NCBI GenBank assembly: GCA_964016885.1
Contig: OZ024743.1
Coordinates: forward strand, 85,250,001 to 85,314,000
Direction: 5' to 3'
DNA: 64,000 nucleotides
Source: Eledone cirrhosa
Taxonomy: Eukaryota
The notes under the pieces are model-generated. The model was given only the letters and a program-made list of their open reading frames with translations, ran no database searches and was not told where the DNA came from. Numbering within the stretch: position 1 is the stretch's first letter; each line of letters starts with the position of its first letter. This document shows, one piece after another, positions 52,828-64,000 of this stretch. The translations under genes and the position numbers were made by a program.

Positions 52828-52991
<164 letters not shown>

Positions 52992-53038
52992 TATATACAG
53001 AGAGAAATTAATATATGTATATATGTGTGTGTCCATAA

Positions 53039-53069
<31 letters not shown>

Positions 53070-53302
53070 GTGGATCTGGTGATTGGGGTCAAATGTAGGT
53101 TTATGGATGATGTTTGTTGGAGTTTGTGAACAGCTTTGGTTTGTTCTAGATGTATTTATGTTCAAGTTATGACAAATGACAGTATTTGTTAAATACAGAC
53201 ATAGATGTGATATATGTATGTATATATGTATGTGTGTGTTTGAGAGTATATATATATGTATGCTAACCAGGAAAATGAGCATTAAATGATGATAATGATA
53301 AC

Positions 53303-53337
<35 letters not shown>

Positions 53338-53339
<2 letters not shown>

Positions 53340-53526
53340 TTATCCCGGGTTCAATCGGAGGTAACAACAGTAAGTAAGGTACTCAATACAAAGCAGGGTA
53401 TAAATGTTTAATATAGAAAAGCTTCTACAGGACTAGAACTGTCTCATTCGTGAGAAATTATCAGGAAGCTTCCTGATGATTTCTCACGAATGAGACAGTT
53501 CTAGTCCTGTAGAAGCTTTTCTATAT
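53338..53526 (-). mobile_element. HHR family A copy 3: tail plus 116-bp palindrome
   Basis: Arms 53411-53468 and 53469-53526 centred on AAG/CTT; the tail containing GTACTCAATA is on the left, abutting (TA)n. Confidence 0.85.
53466..53518 (+). ncRNA. Type I hammerhead ribozyme (family A) with a true helix III
   Basis: AAGCTTC-CTGATGA-T-TTC-tcac-GAA-T-GAGAC (GAAAC in copies 1 and 2)-AG-ttctagtc-CTGT-A-GAAGCTT: 7-bp helix I, 4-bp helix III, GUA site. Confidence 0.75.
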
Positions 53527-53612
53527 ATGTATATACCTGGTATCTTTATCTAAAGACATTTTTTCCAATTCCATCCCGCCCGTCCCCTAAATCTATTTTA
53601 TTTCTCATTCTT

Positions 53613-53648
53613 TCTTCTGATGAAGGACTGGCGTCCGAAACGTTAAGA
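53613..53648 (+). ncRNA. Ultra-minimal type I hammerhead ribozyme
   Basis: TCTT-CTGATGA-A-GGAC-tggc-GTCC-GAAACGT-T-AAGA. Helix II covaries with the copy at 28033 (AGAC/GTCT). Confidence 0.75.
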
Positions 53649-53799
53649 CCCTCTTGCTGCTATATCAAGCATTAACCTAGTATATACCTTCCATACACTG
53701 TACCGATTGTGTTGTTATTTCTGTTTACCTTTTACATACATATATATATATATATATATATAATATAAGATCAAAAGATGGTTAAAGGAGTTCCATGTA

Positions 53800-53866
53800 T
53801 TTTATTATGCGCATTTCAAAAACAAACACAATCATGCAATAATATTTGTGTTTTCATCAGATAAAA
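53800..53866 (-). ncRNA. Type I hammerhead ribozyme (left arm)
   Basis: Mirror of 53977-54043. Confidence 0.8.
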
Positions 53867-53976
53867 CAGGAGAACATGATATGAAGGCTAAAAAACACTT
53901 GTGGATAGTGCAGTTTTAAATCAACATAACTGCACTATCAACAAGTGTTTTTTAGCCTTCATATCATGTTCTCCTG

Positions 53977-54043
53977 TTTTATCTGATGAAAACACAAATA
54001 TTATTGCATGATGATGTTTGTTTTTGAAATGCGCATAATAAAA
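53977..54043 (+). ncRNA. Type I hammerhead ribozyme (right arm)
   Basis: TTTTAT-CTGATGA-AAAcACAAATA...TGTTTGTtTTT-GAAAT-GCGC-AT-A-ATAAAA; palindromic ATGCGCAT, AUA site. Confidence 0.8.
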
Positions 54044-54467
54044 TACATGGAACTCCTTTAACCATCTTTTGATCTTATATTATGTATACTCCAGTCCTAC
54101 AAACTGTATAGTGCTTCTTATCCGATATCTGCATTGCTTTATTGTACTACAATAAAACTCACCTCCTACATTATATATATATATATATATAAACACATAC
54201 ACAGACATATGATAGTATGTGTCAGTGTTTGCATAGGATATAGATAAACTGTGTACAACAATATATAATATGCACAAGGCAAGACCAAATGGCCAGTTTA
54301 GCTATGCAAGTGTTATTCTACCAATCTGACATTCTGAAGAATTCAATTATATTTTATTGTTGCAAGAGATCATATATGATGGTTTATATATATATATGTA
54401 TGTGTGTGTGTGTGTTATATATACATATATGTATGTATGTATCTATGTATATGTATATATATAGCTA

Positions 54468-54510
<43 letters not shown>

Positions 54511-55127
54511 CTGTGTATATGTATATATATATATGTACATATATGTATATATATATATATATATATACGTATATATATATATATGTATATTTATATGTAT
54601 ATCTATATATATGTGTGTGTGTATATATGTATATATATATATATATATATATACATTTAAAAATAGACTGTCATAGTCTCCATTTATTCTTTTGCACCCC
54701 CACCCCTGCCTCTTTCACTCAGTTCCCTCTCTCTCTTCCCCCTCCCCCACTGTCACTACAGTTCCACCTTCACACTCATCCACCTCCGTCTCCATCTCCA
54801 CCCCCACTTCTTTCCCTCCCTTTTTAGTGGTTTCTGTTTATCAAACAGAAATCTGAATTCCAGACACACTTCAACCAATTATTGCAATATCTGGAATATC
54901 GAAATATTTATCTGTTAAAAATAATATCATTATATAAGGTTTGACTTATTAATGGCTGCACTAAGGAGTAGGAGGAACACTCTATACATCTCTCCCTCTC
55001 CCTCCCTCTCTCTCTCTATATATATATATATAATATTAATGGGAGTAAGTATATTCATTTACAGGGTGTTTTAGCTCAATGCAATGAGGGGCAGGCAGAG
55101 TTGTTATACATTAATAGGTTTGGTTTT

Positions 55128-55275
55128 ATATATATATTAATGTATATATATATCTCTCTCTATATATATATATATATATATTAATGTATATATATATCTA
55201 TATATATATATATATTAAGGTATATATATATATATATATTAATGTATATATATATCTATATATATATATATATTA

Positions 55276-55316
<41 letters not shown>

Positions 55317-55363
55317 TGTATATATATATATATATATTAATGTATATATATATATATATATTA

Positions 55364-55400
<37 letters not shown>

Positions 55401-55421
55401 TGTATATATATATATATATAA

Positions 55422-55456
<35 letters not shown>

Positions 55457-55481
55457 TGTATATATATATATATATATATAA

Positions 55482-55540
<59 letters not shown>

Positions 55541-55588
55541 TGTATATATATATATATATTAATGTATATATATGTATATATATATATA

Positions 55589-55622
<34 letters not shown>

Positions 55623-55627
55623 TAATG

Positions 55628-55659
<32 letters not shown>

Positions 55660-55663
55660 AATG

Positions 55664-55697
<34 letters not shown>

Positions 55698-55762
55698 TAT
55701 AATATATATATATTATATGTATATATATATTAATGTATATATATATATATATATATGTATAC
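55128..55762. repeat. (TA)n array punctuated by TTAATG/TAAATG units
   Basis: Read directly. Confidence 0.95.
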
Positions 55763-55802
55763 AATATTAAACAAATGGAAACTATATTTATAAAACCATA
55801 TT

Positions 55803-55868
55803 TATTTCATTATACATATTTCAGGGATACCATATTAAAAATATGGCATGCCTTCGTCAGATAAAATA
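55803..55868 (-). ncRNA. Type I hammerhead ribozyme
   Basis: TATTTTAT-CTGACGA-AGGcATGCCATATT-ttt-AATATGGTATcCCT-GAAAT-ATGT-AT-A-ATGAAATA: 8-bp helix I, 13-bp helix II, AUA site. Confidence 0.85.
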
Positions 55869-55950
55869 CAATATATAAACAGTTTTATAAATAATTTTGA
55901 CGTACCATAATATAAGCAACCATTAAATTAGGAGGCTGCCTCATCAGACA

Positions 55951-56079
55951 AGATGACCCTGTGATAAACAGGCGAAACTCCAGAGTAATAAGACTTACTT
56001 TTAGCCTTAAAATGAATGAATATTAAAACTATAGTTTGGTATTGAGTACTCCTTTCTCTCAGCCATCAACCACATATGG

Positions 56080-56080
<1 letters not shown>
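55951..56080 (+). mobile_element. HHR family C: 5'-truncated hammerhead plus tail
   Basis: GATGA-C-CCTGT-gataa-ACAGG-C-GAAACT-ccag-AGT-A...TATTGAGTACT...(TA)n. Confidence 0.65.
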
Positions 56081-56136
<56 letters not shown>

Positions 56137-57870
56137 TCCATATGAAGGAAACAGAAAACGAACAAATGAGGATGCAATAATATAAAGTTGTATTAGTTTC
56201 ATGCTTATATATAATATGTGTCTGTCCATGACTGCATTTAGTTTATATTACTTAGTGGGTTGACAAATAGAAATTGATAAACCAAGGATCAGACTTGAAA
56301 TAAAAATATAAAGTACTGAAGGCAGGGCTCAAATATGAGTCAATGACTGAAACCAGTAAAAGAATCTATTTATGGTGCTTAAGATGAGCTCATCCAAAAT
56401 GCAAAGGTTGTTTTATTCCCTGCATTGTTTGATCCTACACAGAAGGCTTCTCCATATGTATTATATGTCTGTTACAGGTGAGCCAGACAATGTCTCTCAG
56501 TAGTAGGTCAAGTTCTACCTGTAGTAGGATTTGACCTCAGCACAGCAAGCTAACGAAACAAAATATAATTAATTATACAATAATTTCAACAACAACAACA
56601 TCCCCTCCCACCACTACCATTACTCCTACCACTGTGGTACCTACTTACAGCTAGGTGGATTGGGACATTTATAGATTTGGGAGCCACTACAGTGATCTTG
56701 ACAGGATCTGAACTCTAAACCATTGAGTTAACTGATCAGCAATCAATATACGATTATCAATAACCAATCAATATTAATGTATGTATATTTACGTATGTGT
56801 ATATAGTATGTGTGTGTTGCATTTATAGTATAGGTGTGTATGTGCTACCTTTATAGTATATGTATATGTGTTACATTTATAGTATGTGTGTGCATGTTAC
56901 ATTTATTGTATTATGATGTGTATGTTTACATGTGTGTGTATGATGTGTTAGTTTATATGTGTATATGATGTGTAAGTTTACATGTGTATGTATAATGTGT
57001 AAGTTTACATGTGTATGTATGCAGTGTGTTTAATATGTCTATTTGTATGTAGTGTTTAATGTTATATTATTAGGCATTGCTGGATTTAATGGAGATTCTT
57101 CACTAATTATACACGTATGAACATGTATGTTAAGGGTTTGGTGGACCTTTCAGTTGTGTCAGGGAGATGACTACTTCTCTAGTGTTGATGAGCTACACGA
57201 TAAGCACACACAGTACACGCTGTAAAGTGGTTGGTGATAGTGGGGATAGGAAGGGCATCTAGCCATAGAAAGCTTGCCAAACAAAGTATTAGAAGGACAC
57301 CTCAGTTGTGTCAAAGGCATGACAACCTAACTAGTGCTGGTGCCACAATAATATTGACCTGGTAGAGTGTGGGTTTGTAGGTAAGTGAGATGCAGATACC
57401 TGGCCTGTCTGGGAAATCAGTAACCCCACTTCAGTACTGATTTGAACCTTGAAGACCTGTCCAACCTTTGCTAACTGGAAAAGTGGACATTATATGATAA
57501 ACAATTATATGATGATGATGGTGATGTCTTAGTTGCTGAATGTATATAAAATGATTACTATACATAAGGTAGTCAGGTGGAATTGATATCTCGTCTTACA
57601 ACTTACTGCAAGGTTACTCGGTTAGGCAACTTGTGGTCTTTTACGCCTTATGGGAGGTGCCAACCTCCACAAACTCTCTCAAATCTTTTGTAGAATGGCC
57701 AGCATGCAAAATTTTGTCCACATAATATAATGACAATAATAATAATTATTATTATAATTATGAAATTATATAAAATGTAAAAATATTGAAAATAGTGATA
57801 ATACTAAGACTTAGCCCTAATGCATTTGTATATGTAGACATGTCTGACTGTCTGTATGTATATATATATA

Positions 57871-57907
<37 letters not shown>

Positions 57908-57916
57908 ATATATATA

Positions 57917-57964
<48 letters not shown>

Positions 57965-58739
57965 ACATATTTGTGTAAAGATGCACTAATACTTAAACAT
58001 ATACACACACACACATAACTAAACATATACATATATTTACATGTTAAGAAGACTACATAATTTTCACATCTCAACATATACTCACACACACATATATACA
58101 TATATATATACATACACACACATATATATATGTATGTATGTATAAATAAACTAAAAAGGAATTTTTTCATCTCCAAGTGCCCAAAGAGATTCGAATTTTA
58201 TCACATTACAAAGATGAAAATGTCAAAATGTTCTCTTTTTTAAATTTAATTTATTATCTTTCTTTTTAATAAAGAAATAAATAAAAGAACAAAAAACCAA
58301 AATAAAAATTACTTCAATTCCTTTTTACAACCCACTCACACATCTTTTCAATTTCTTCTTTTCCTCCTCTATTTTCTGTTTTCCTTTGACTTCTAGTTTT
58401 CCTTTACCTTATTCCATTCATTTCCCACAATTCCTCATGTTATTTTACCTTTCATCCCCTGCTCCCGTAATCCTTTTATATTTTAATTCATATTTTAGGT
58501 TGATTAGATTTCTCTCTTTCATTAAAATAATTATTTCTTTTATCTTGTAGAAAAAGAAAAAAAAAAAAGATTTTGTCAATTTCTCTAAAAATTATATTTG
58601 AAATAAAATTTTTTCCAGTATTTTTCCCATTTTTTTTCCAACTCTTCAAAAGATCGCAAAATCTACCAAAGTCCTATTTTTGTTGTCGGCATTCTTGTTG
58701 TTTATACTGTCAAGTTATTTTTTCCCTGTTCTTTCTCCT

Positions 58740-58778
58740 TTATTCCCCAACCCCAACTTAGTTGGGGTTGGGGAATAA
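58740..58778. repeat. Perfect 19-bp-arm palindrome containing (TTGGGG)2
   Basis: TTATTCCCCAACCCCAACT-T-AGTTGGGGTTGGGGAATAA. Confidence 0.9.
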
Positions 58779-59284
58779 ACTTGCTCTGGTTCAAAGATAT
58801 GACATGCAAACATTTTTTTTAAAAACTAGTATACATATTTTTTAAAAAACTGAGTTTGTTTTAAAAAGAAAATTGAAAAAAAATATATCTTGGAAAGAAA
58901 TGGAAAAAAAATTGAATGAAGGAAAAAAAGAGTAAAATCTGCGACTGTAGCAGTAAAATGTGAAAACTTTAGTTGTTGAATATCTTAGTAAATGAAAAAA
59001 AAGACATTTGTAGTTGTGTTCTAAATTGTCAGCCATTAGTGTTTTATTCATACTCAACAAACAGCAATACAACAACAGCAGTTCTTCTCTGTCAAACTTA
59101 CTGTGAATATTTTTTTTTATATATATATATATTTCCAAATTTACCTAAAATCCTTGTCATTACTCACTAAAAAAAATGCTTATTTCTGTTTTTACATTAA
59201 TTTTAATGAATTATTATCATTATCATTATAATAATAATAATAATAATTATTATTATTATTATTATTATTATTATTTTACTTCCT

Positions 59285-59895
59285 GGAGGCAGTGGATTGG
59301 TAGAATTGTTAGAGCAACCAATGAAAATACCTTGCAGTATTCAGTTACAGCTCTTCATGTTTTGAGTTCAAATCCCACCGAGGTCAACTTTGTGTTTTAC
59401 TCTTTTGCAGATGAAAGGCAAAGTACTAGAGTTGATTTGATTGGCTTCCCCCATCAGAATGGCTAACCTCGGGCCTAAATTAGAAACCAAATATTTTTTA
59501 TTATTTTATAAGTACTGTAGAACAAGTCACAAGTCTATGATGAAGAGAGAGAGGGAGAGAGTTTAGTTTTGATCCTTGGTTCGTACAAGTACACTTCACT
59601 TAAACCCATAAGAGCCTTTGCAGAGGCATGAATGTTACAACTTCCTTTATACCACATCTCTGAAATATAGTGCCTTTCTGCCTAGTCAAAAAAAGGAACC
59701 ATTATTATTATCATTTTGGCAATATCAGTAGAGGGTTGGACGCCATGCTTTGCAGCATAGAGTTACAGCTCTTTACAGTCTGAGTTAAAATCCCGTCGAG
59801 GTCAACTTTGCCTTTCATCCTTACGGGGTCGATAAAATAAAGCACCAGTAATGCACTGGGGTAATTGCTGGCCTTGTGCCAAAAGTAGAAACATT
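59285..59895 (+). mobile_element. Two S1 SINEs (59285-59490, 59716-59895)
   Basis: Head, B box, central domain and tail on the plus strand. Confidence 0.8.
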
Positions 59896-60105
59896 ATTAT
59901 TATGATTATTACAAGAGGCAGGGCAAAGAAGGCCTGCTAACTATTTCTGCTCTGTACACCTCGAAATGGAGTGAATATCCAGGACTTGCAATTGTAACTA
60001 TGGTATTATATTCCAGGAGGAGAGCCTCAATAACAGTAGCCATTTGTATATTTAGAACCAGCACTAAACAATAATGGGAGAAAAGCATGCCACACACATA
60101 CACAC

Positions 60106-60142
<37 letters not shown>

Positions 60143-60426
60143 ATACATATGTACATACATACATACATACATACATACATACACACATATATATATATAT
60201 AATAATAATAATAAAATGCTTCTTTGAAAAGGCTATAGCAATGCAAATCGGACATTAGAAGTATTCTACACTGATAGAGTTTTCTTAACTCTTCTTTTGA
60301 CAAAGGGATTTTATCCCCAAATATTAAAAACTAATCAAACACCCACAAGGTCACATTCCAACAACTTTGCTATCATTATTTTCAACATTTAATGTCCCCT
60401 CTGCATTGTAGCCCTCTGAAAATAAC

Positions 60427-60526
<100 letters not shown>

Positions 60527-61789
60527 CAGAGAAAAAGAGATAGACATGAAGTGACTGGTGAGGGATAGTTTACCGAGGGCTCCCAGAACAGATATATTGA
60601 AGATATTGAAGAGTAAAATTGTTTGACATCAATGTCTTTCTGATGGGGGTGAAGACATAAGTTGTATGTATAACTGAAATATGAAGGATCAAGGAATTCA
60701 CTGGTAATCAAAACTAAGTTTAACATCTATGTTCCCTAAATGAAGTTGATCAGGACATTCACTGAAAGGGAGTCAAAACTGAGTTAAAGTCTACATTTCC
60801 TCAGACCTGTAACTTTTGTTTTACTGCATTCAATAATAGTCTAGTTTGGCATCAATGGCTGACTAAAGCAGCAAATATCTCGGCTGAATGTAGTATAATA
60901 TATAATAATTGCTTCTGTCCATCTAGCTCTTCATTTTAAACTCCTCCTCTTCTCCCTCCTCCCCCTCCTCTTCCTCCTCTTTTTCTTCTTTTTTCTTCTT
61001 CTTCTTCTTCTTCTTCTTCTTCTTCTTCTTCTTCTTCTTCTTCTTCTCCCCCCCCCCCTACTCCTCTCGCATTTCATATTTCTCTGGATTCAATAAATAA
61101 ATAACGACCATGCATTACCCCAGCATGGCCACAGTCTAATGAGTGAAACCAGTTAAAGAATACAGTCATTGATGCAACTTCAGCTTTCTCCTTTCCCTAC
61201 AAACAATGGCTTTTGGCCAATAATAATAATAATAACAACAACAACAATAATATATTGTTGTATTTTTAAATCATATTATAATTATGCATAAATATATTAA
61301 TATTTTGTGGGGTTTTTTTAAAGTTATTTTTTGTGTTTTTCAAAGAAATATTTTGAGACTTTGAATTCCTTGGATTTGTTTTGGCTCCTGTTTTTAAATT
61401 AATTTTTCTCGACTTTCAATAAAATGTTAAACATACCTTTGTATTGAATTGTTTTTAATTAACTCTTTAGTATATAAACTGGCTGCATCTGGCCAGAATT
61501 CTCTCACCTCTTTCTGTTCAAACCAGCCATATTCTATGTATTATACATGCACCTTTGACAAGTTGTAGTGCACCTGAGCACTGTACACAATAATTTCATT
61601 ATTATTATTATTCATTATTAACTGACCGCTCACACTGATGTTAAGGTACTATTCTCAAAATAAATAACATCAAAACCTCGTAGATTCAATATTATGTGAG
61701 ATAATTATGTAAGATAAAGCCTTTACCACAAAAATACAATAGTAAATACAGAGTAATGTAAATGCTAAAGGGTTAAGGCGAAAATGAAG

Positions 61790-62660
61790 AGCGATAGATT
61801 GGCAGAATCGTTAGAGCATCAAACAGAATGTTTTGTGGCATTTATTTCGGCTCTTTACAATCTGATTTCAAATCTCACTGAGGTCAAATTTGACTTTCAT
61901 CCTTCTAGGGCCAATAAAATAAAGTAACAGTTTACTACTGAGGTAGATAAAATAAAGTACCAGTTTAGTACTGGGGCCAATAAAATAAAGTACCAGTTTA
62001 GTACTGGGGTAGATAAAATAAAGTACCAGTTTAGTACTGGGGTAGATAAAATAAAGTACCAGTTTAGTACTGGGTAGATAAAATAAAGTACCGGTTTAGT
62101 ACTGGGGTAGATGAAATAAAGCATGAGTTAAGTACTGGGGTAGATAAAATATAGAAGCAGTTTAGTACTGGGGTAGATAAAATAATACCAGTTTAGTACT
62201 GAGGTAGATAAAATAATTGTTTCTACTTTAGGCACAAGGCCAGCAATTACCCAGTGCATTACTGGTTCTTTATTTTATCGACCCCGTAAGGATGAAAGGC
62301 AAAGTCAACCTCGGCGGGATTTGAACTCAGATCGTAAAGGGACGTAACTATGCTGGAAAACATGGCGTCCGACCTTCCACCGATACTGCCAATCCACCGC
62401 CCTGAGGTAGATAAAATAATACCAGTTAAGTACTGAGGTAGATGAAATAGCACCAGTTTAGTACGGGGGTTGATATAATAGTATGAGTTAAGTACAGGGG
62501 TTGATATAATATAGTACCAGTTTAGTACTGGGGTAGATATAATATAGTACAAGTTCAGTACTGGGGTTGATAAAATAGTAGTAGTTAGATATATGGTTGG
62601 TATAATCAACTTTCCCCTTCCCCCAAATTACTGGCCTTGTGCCAATGTTAGAAAGAATTA
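61790..62660 (+). repeat. S1 SINE with its central segment expanded into a minisatellite of about 33 bp
   Basis: SINE head at 61790-61910, array GATAAAATAAAGTACCAGTTTAGTACTGGGGTA at 61912-62600, SINE tail GGCCTTGTGCC..TTAGAAA at about 62630-62655. Confidence 0.85.
62213..62402 (-). mobile_element. Young S1 SINE inserted antisense into the SINE-derived array
   Basis: Full-length copy flanked on both sides by CTGAGGTAGATAAAATAAT. Confidence 0.9.
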
Positions 62661-63111
62661 AGGTGTGGGATTTAACCTGGTTTGGAAATTTATAGAAAAA
62701 ATATGAACTGAATAGAATGGTTGTTAAGCATTGTGGGTGAAATCATAGACTGTGTGCTAAACGGTGGGTATATGCTGCATAAATTAGTTTAGTTGAAATG
62801 GTGGGTAAAATACAGGGTCAAAATTTAGGTAAATGTTGTGTATAATAGAGTGTAAAGTAATGGATTATGGGTGATTATGGGTAATATAAAATGGTTAAAG
62901 TAGTGAATTATGGGTAAAATAGTAGATTGTGAGTTATAGGGTATGTAAAATGATGGGAAAACAGTAGATCATGGATAAAAATTGTGTTTGAAATAATAGA
63001 TTGTGTGTAATTTTGTAGTTAAAATAAATGATTGTGGATATATTAGATTGGTGGGCAAAATAATGAGTAAAATAGTTGATTAAATTGTGAGTAAGTTGGT
63101 TGATAAAGTGG

Positions 63112-63690
63112 TAGATATGATATCATACCATCACACACACTAGATATGATATCATACCATCACACACACTAGATATGATATCATACCATCACACACACTA
63201 GATATGATATCATACCATCACACACACTATATGATATCATACCATCACACACACTAGATATGATATCATACCATCTCACACACTTGATATGATATCATAC
63301 CATCACACACACTAGATATGATATCATATCATCACACACACTAGATATGATATTATACCATCTCACACACTAGATATGATGTCATACCATCACACATTAG
63401 ATATGATATCATACCAACTCACAGACTAGATATGATATCATACCATCTCACACACTAGAAATGATATCATACCATCACACATTAGATATGATATCATACC
63501 ATCAAACACTAAATATGATATCATACAATCTCACACACTATATATGATATCATACCATCACACACTAGATATATCATACCATCACACACACTAGATATGA
63601 TATCATACCATCATACATTAGATATGATATCATACTATCACACACTAGATATGATATCATACCATCTCACATTATATATAATATTATACC
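63112..63690. repeat. 27-29-bp minisatellite, about 20 units
   Basis: TAGATATGATATCATACCATCACACACAC, with the internal palindrome TATGATATCATA. Confidence 0.95.
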
Positions 63691-63706
63691 GTGGTGGATT
63701 ATATTA

Positions 63707-63897
63707 GGGCAGTGGATTGGCAGTATCAGTAGAGGGTCGGACGTCGTGCTTTGACGCATAGAGTTACGGCCCTTTCCATTCTGAGTTCAAATCCCACCGA
63801 GGTCAACTTTGCCTTTCATCCTTACGGGGTCAATAAAATAAAGTACCAGTAATGTACTGGGTAATTGCTGGCCTTGTGCCAAAAGTAGAAACAATTA
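63707..63897 (+). mobile_element. S1 SINE
   Basis: GGGCAGTGGATTGGCAGTATCAGTAGAGGG...GAGTTCAAATCCC...GCCTTTCATCCTTACGGGG...GTAGAAACAATTAT. Confidence 0.9.
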
Positions 63898-63904
63898 TAT
63901 ATAA

Positions 63905-64000
63905 TACTAGCAGTAAAGCCCGGCGTTGCTCGGGGTCGCTCAGTAGCTGTGTTAAAGTTACAATGTTAAGTTTCTTTTTTGGCTTAAAAACTGTAGTGTC
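63905..64000 (+). mobile_element. Possible Helentron/HINE-like element terminus (runs off the window)
   Basis: TACTAGCAGTAAAG followed by the GC hairpin CCCGGCGTTGCTCGGG, similar to HINE ends. Confidence 0.4.

Larger units (their letters stand above)
53760..54083. mobile_element. 324-bp palindromic element with an intact hammerhead in each arm and a 3' extension to about 54170
   Basis: Arms 53760-53915 and 53928-54083 with a 12-nt loop and few mismatches; (TA)n on both sides. Confidence 0.9.

Noticed and set aside
58740-58778. Telomeric repeat
   Set aside because: Only two TTGGGG units, and not the TTAGGG expected for molluscs.
60290-60330. Additional hammerheads (also 300-350, 480-710, 12285-12365, 55880-55950, 56185-56205)
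   Set aside because: Each has two or more core changes or missing helices. They are plausible relics but cannot be supported individually.

Overview
AT-rich, repeat-dominated animal genomic DNA, most likely from an octopod cephalopod. That assignment is inferred from the tRNA-SINE types, RTE LINEs with (GAT)n tails and very long (TA)n arrays. No host protein-coding gene can be called with confidence, and nearly all ORF-track entries are microsatellite or antisense artefacts. Contents: decayed RTE-clade LINEs (one near full length at 39600-42867), R4/Dong-like and other LINE fragments, two Penelope-like element (PLE) coding remnants (GIY-YIG and RT), more than 20 tRNA-derived SINEs, one hAT-type MITE and several minisatellites. 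The most notable signal is about 20 type I hammerhead ribozyme (HHR) motifs from more than 10 sequence-unrelated short elements, most of them beside (TA)n tracts. About a dozen have a core and helices I-III that can be traced by eye. They occur as a 522-bp tandem unit, as head-to-head palindromes whose apex often lies in the ribozyme, and as solo copies. This fits a diverse PLE pseudo-LTR/retrozyme-like system. All folds were assigned by eye and none is tested.
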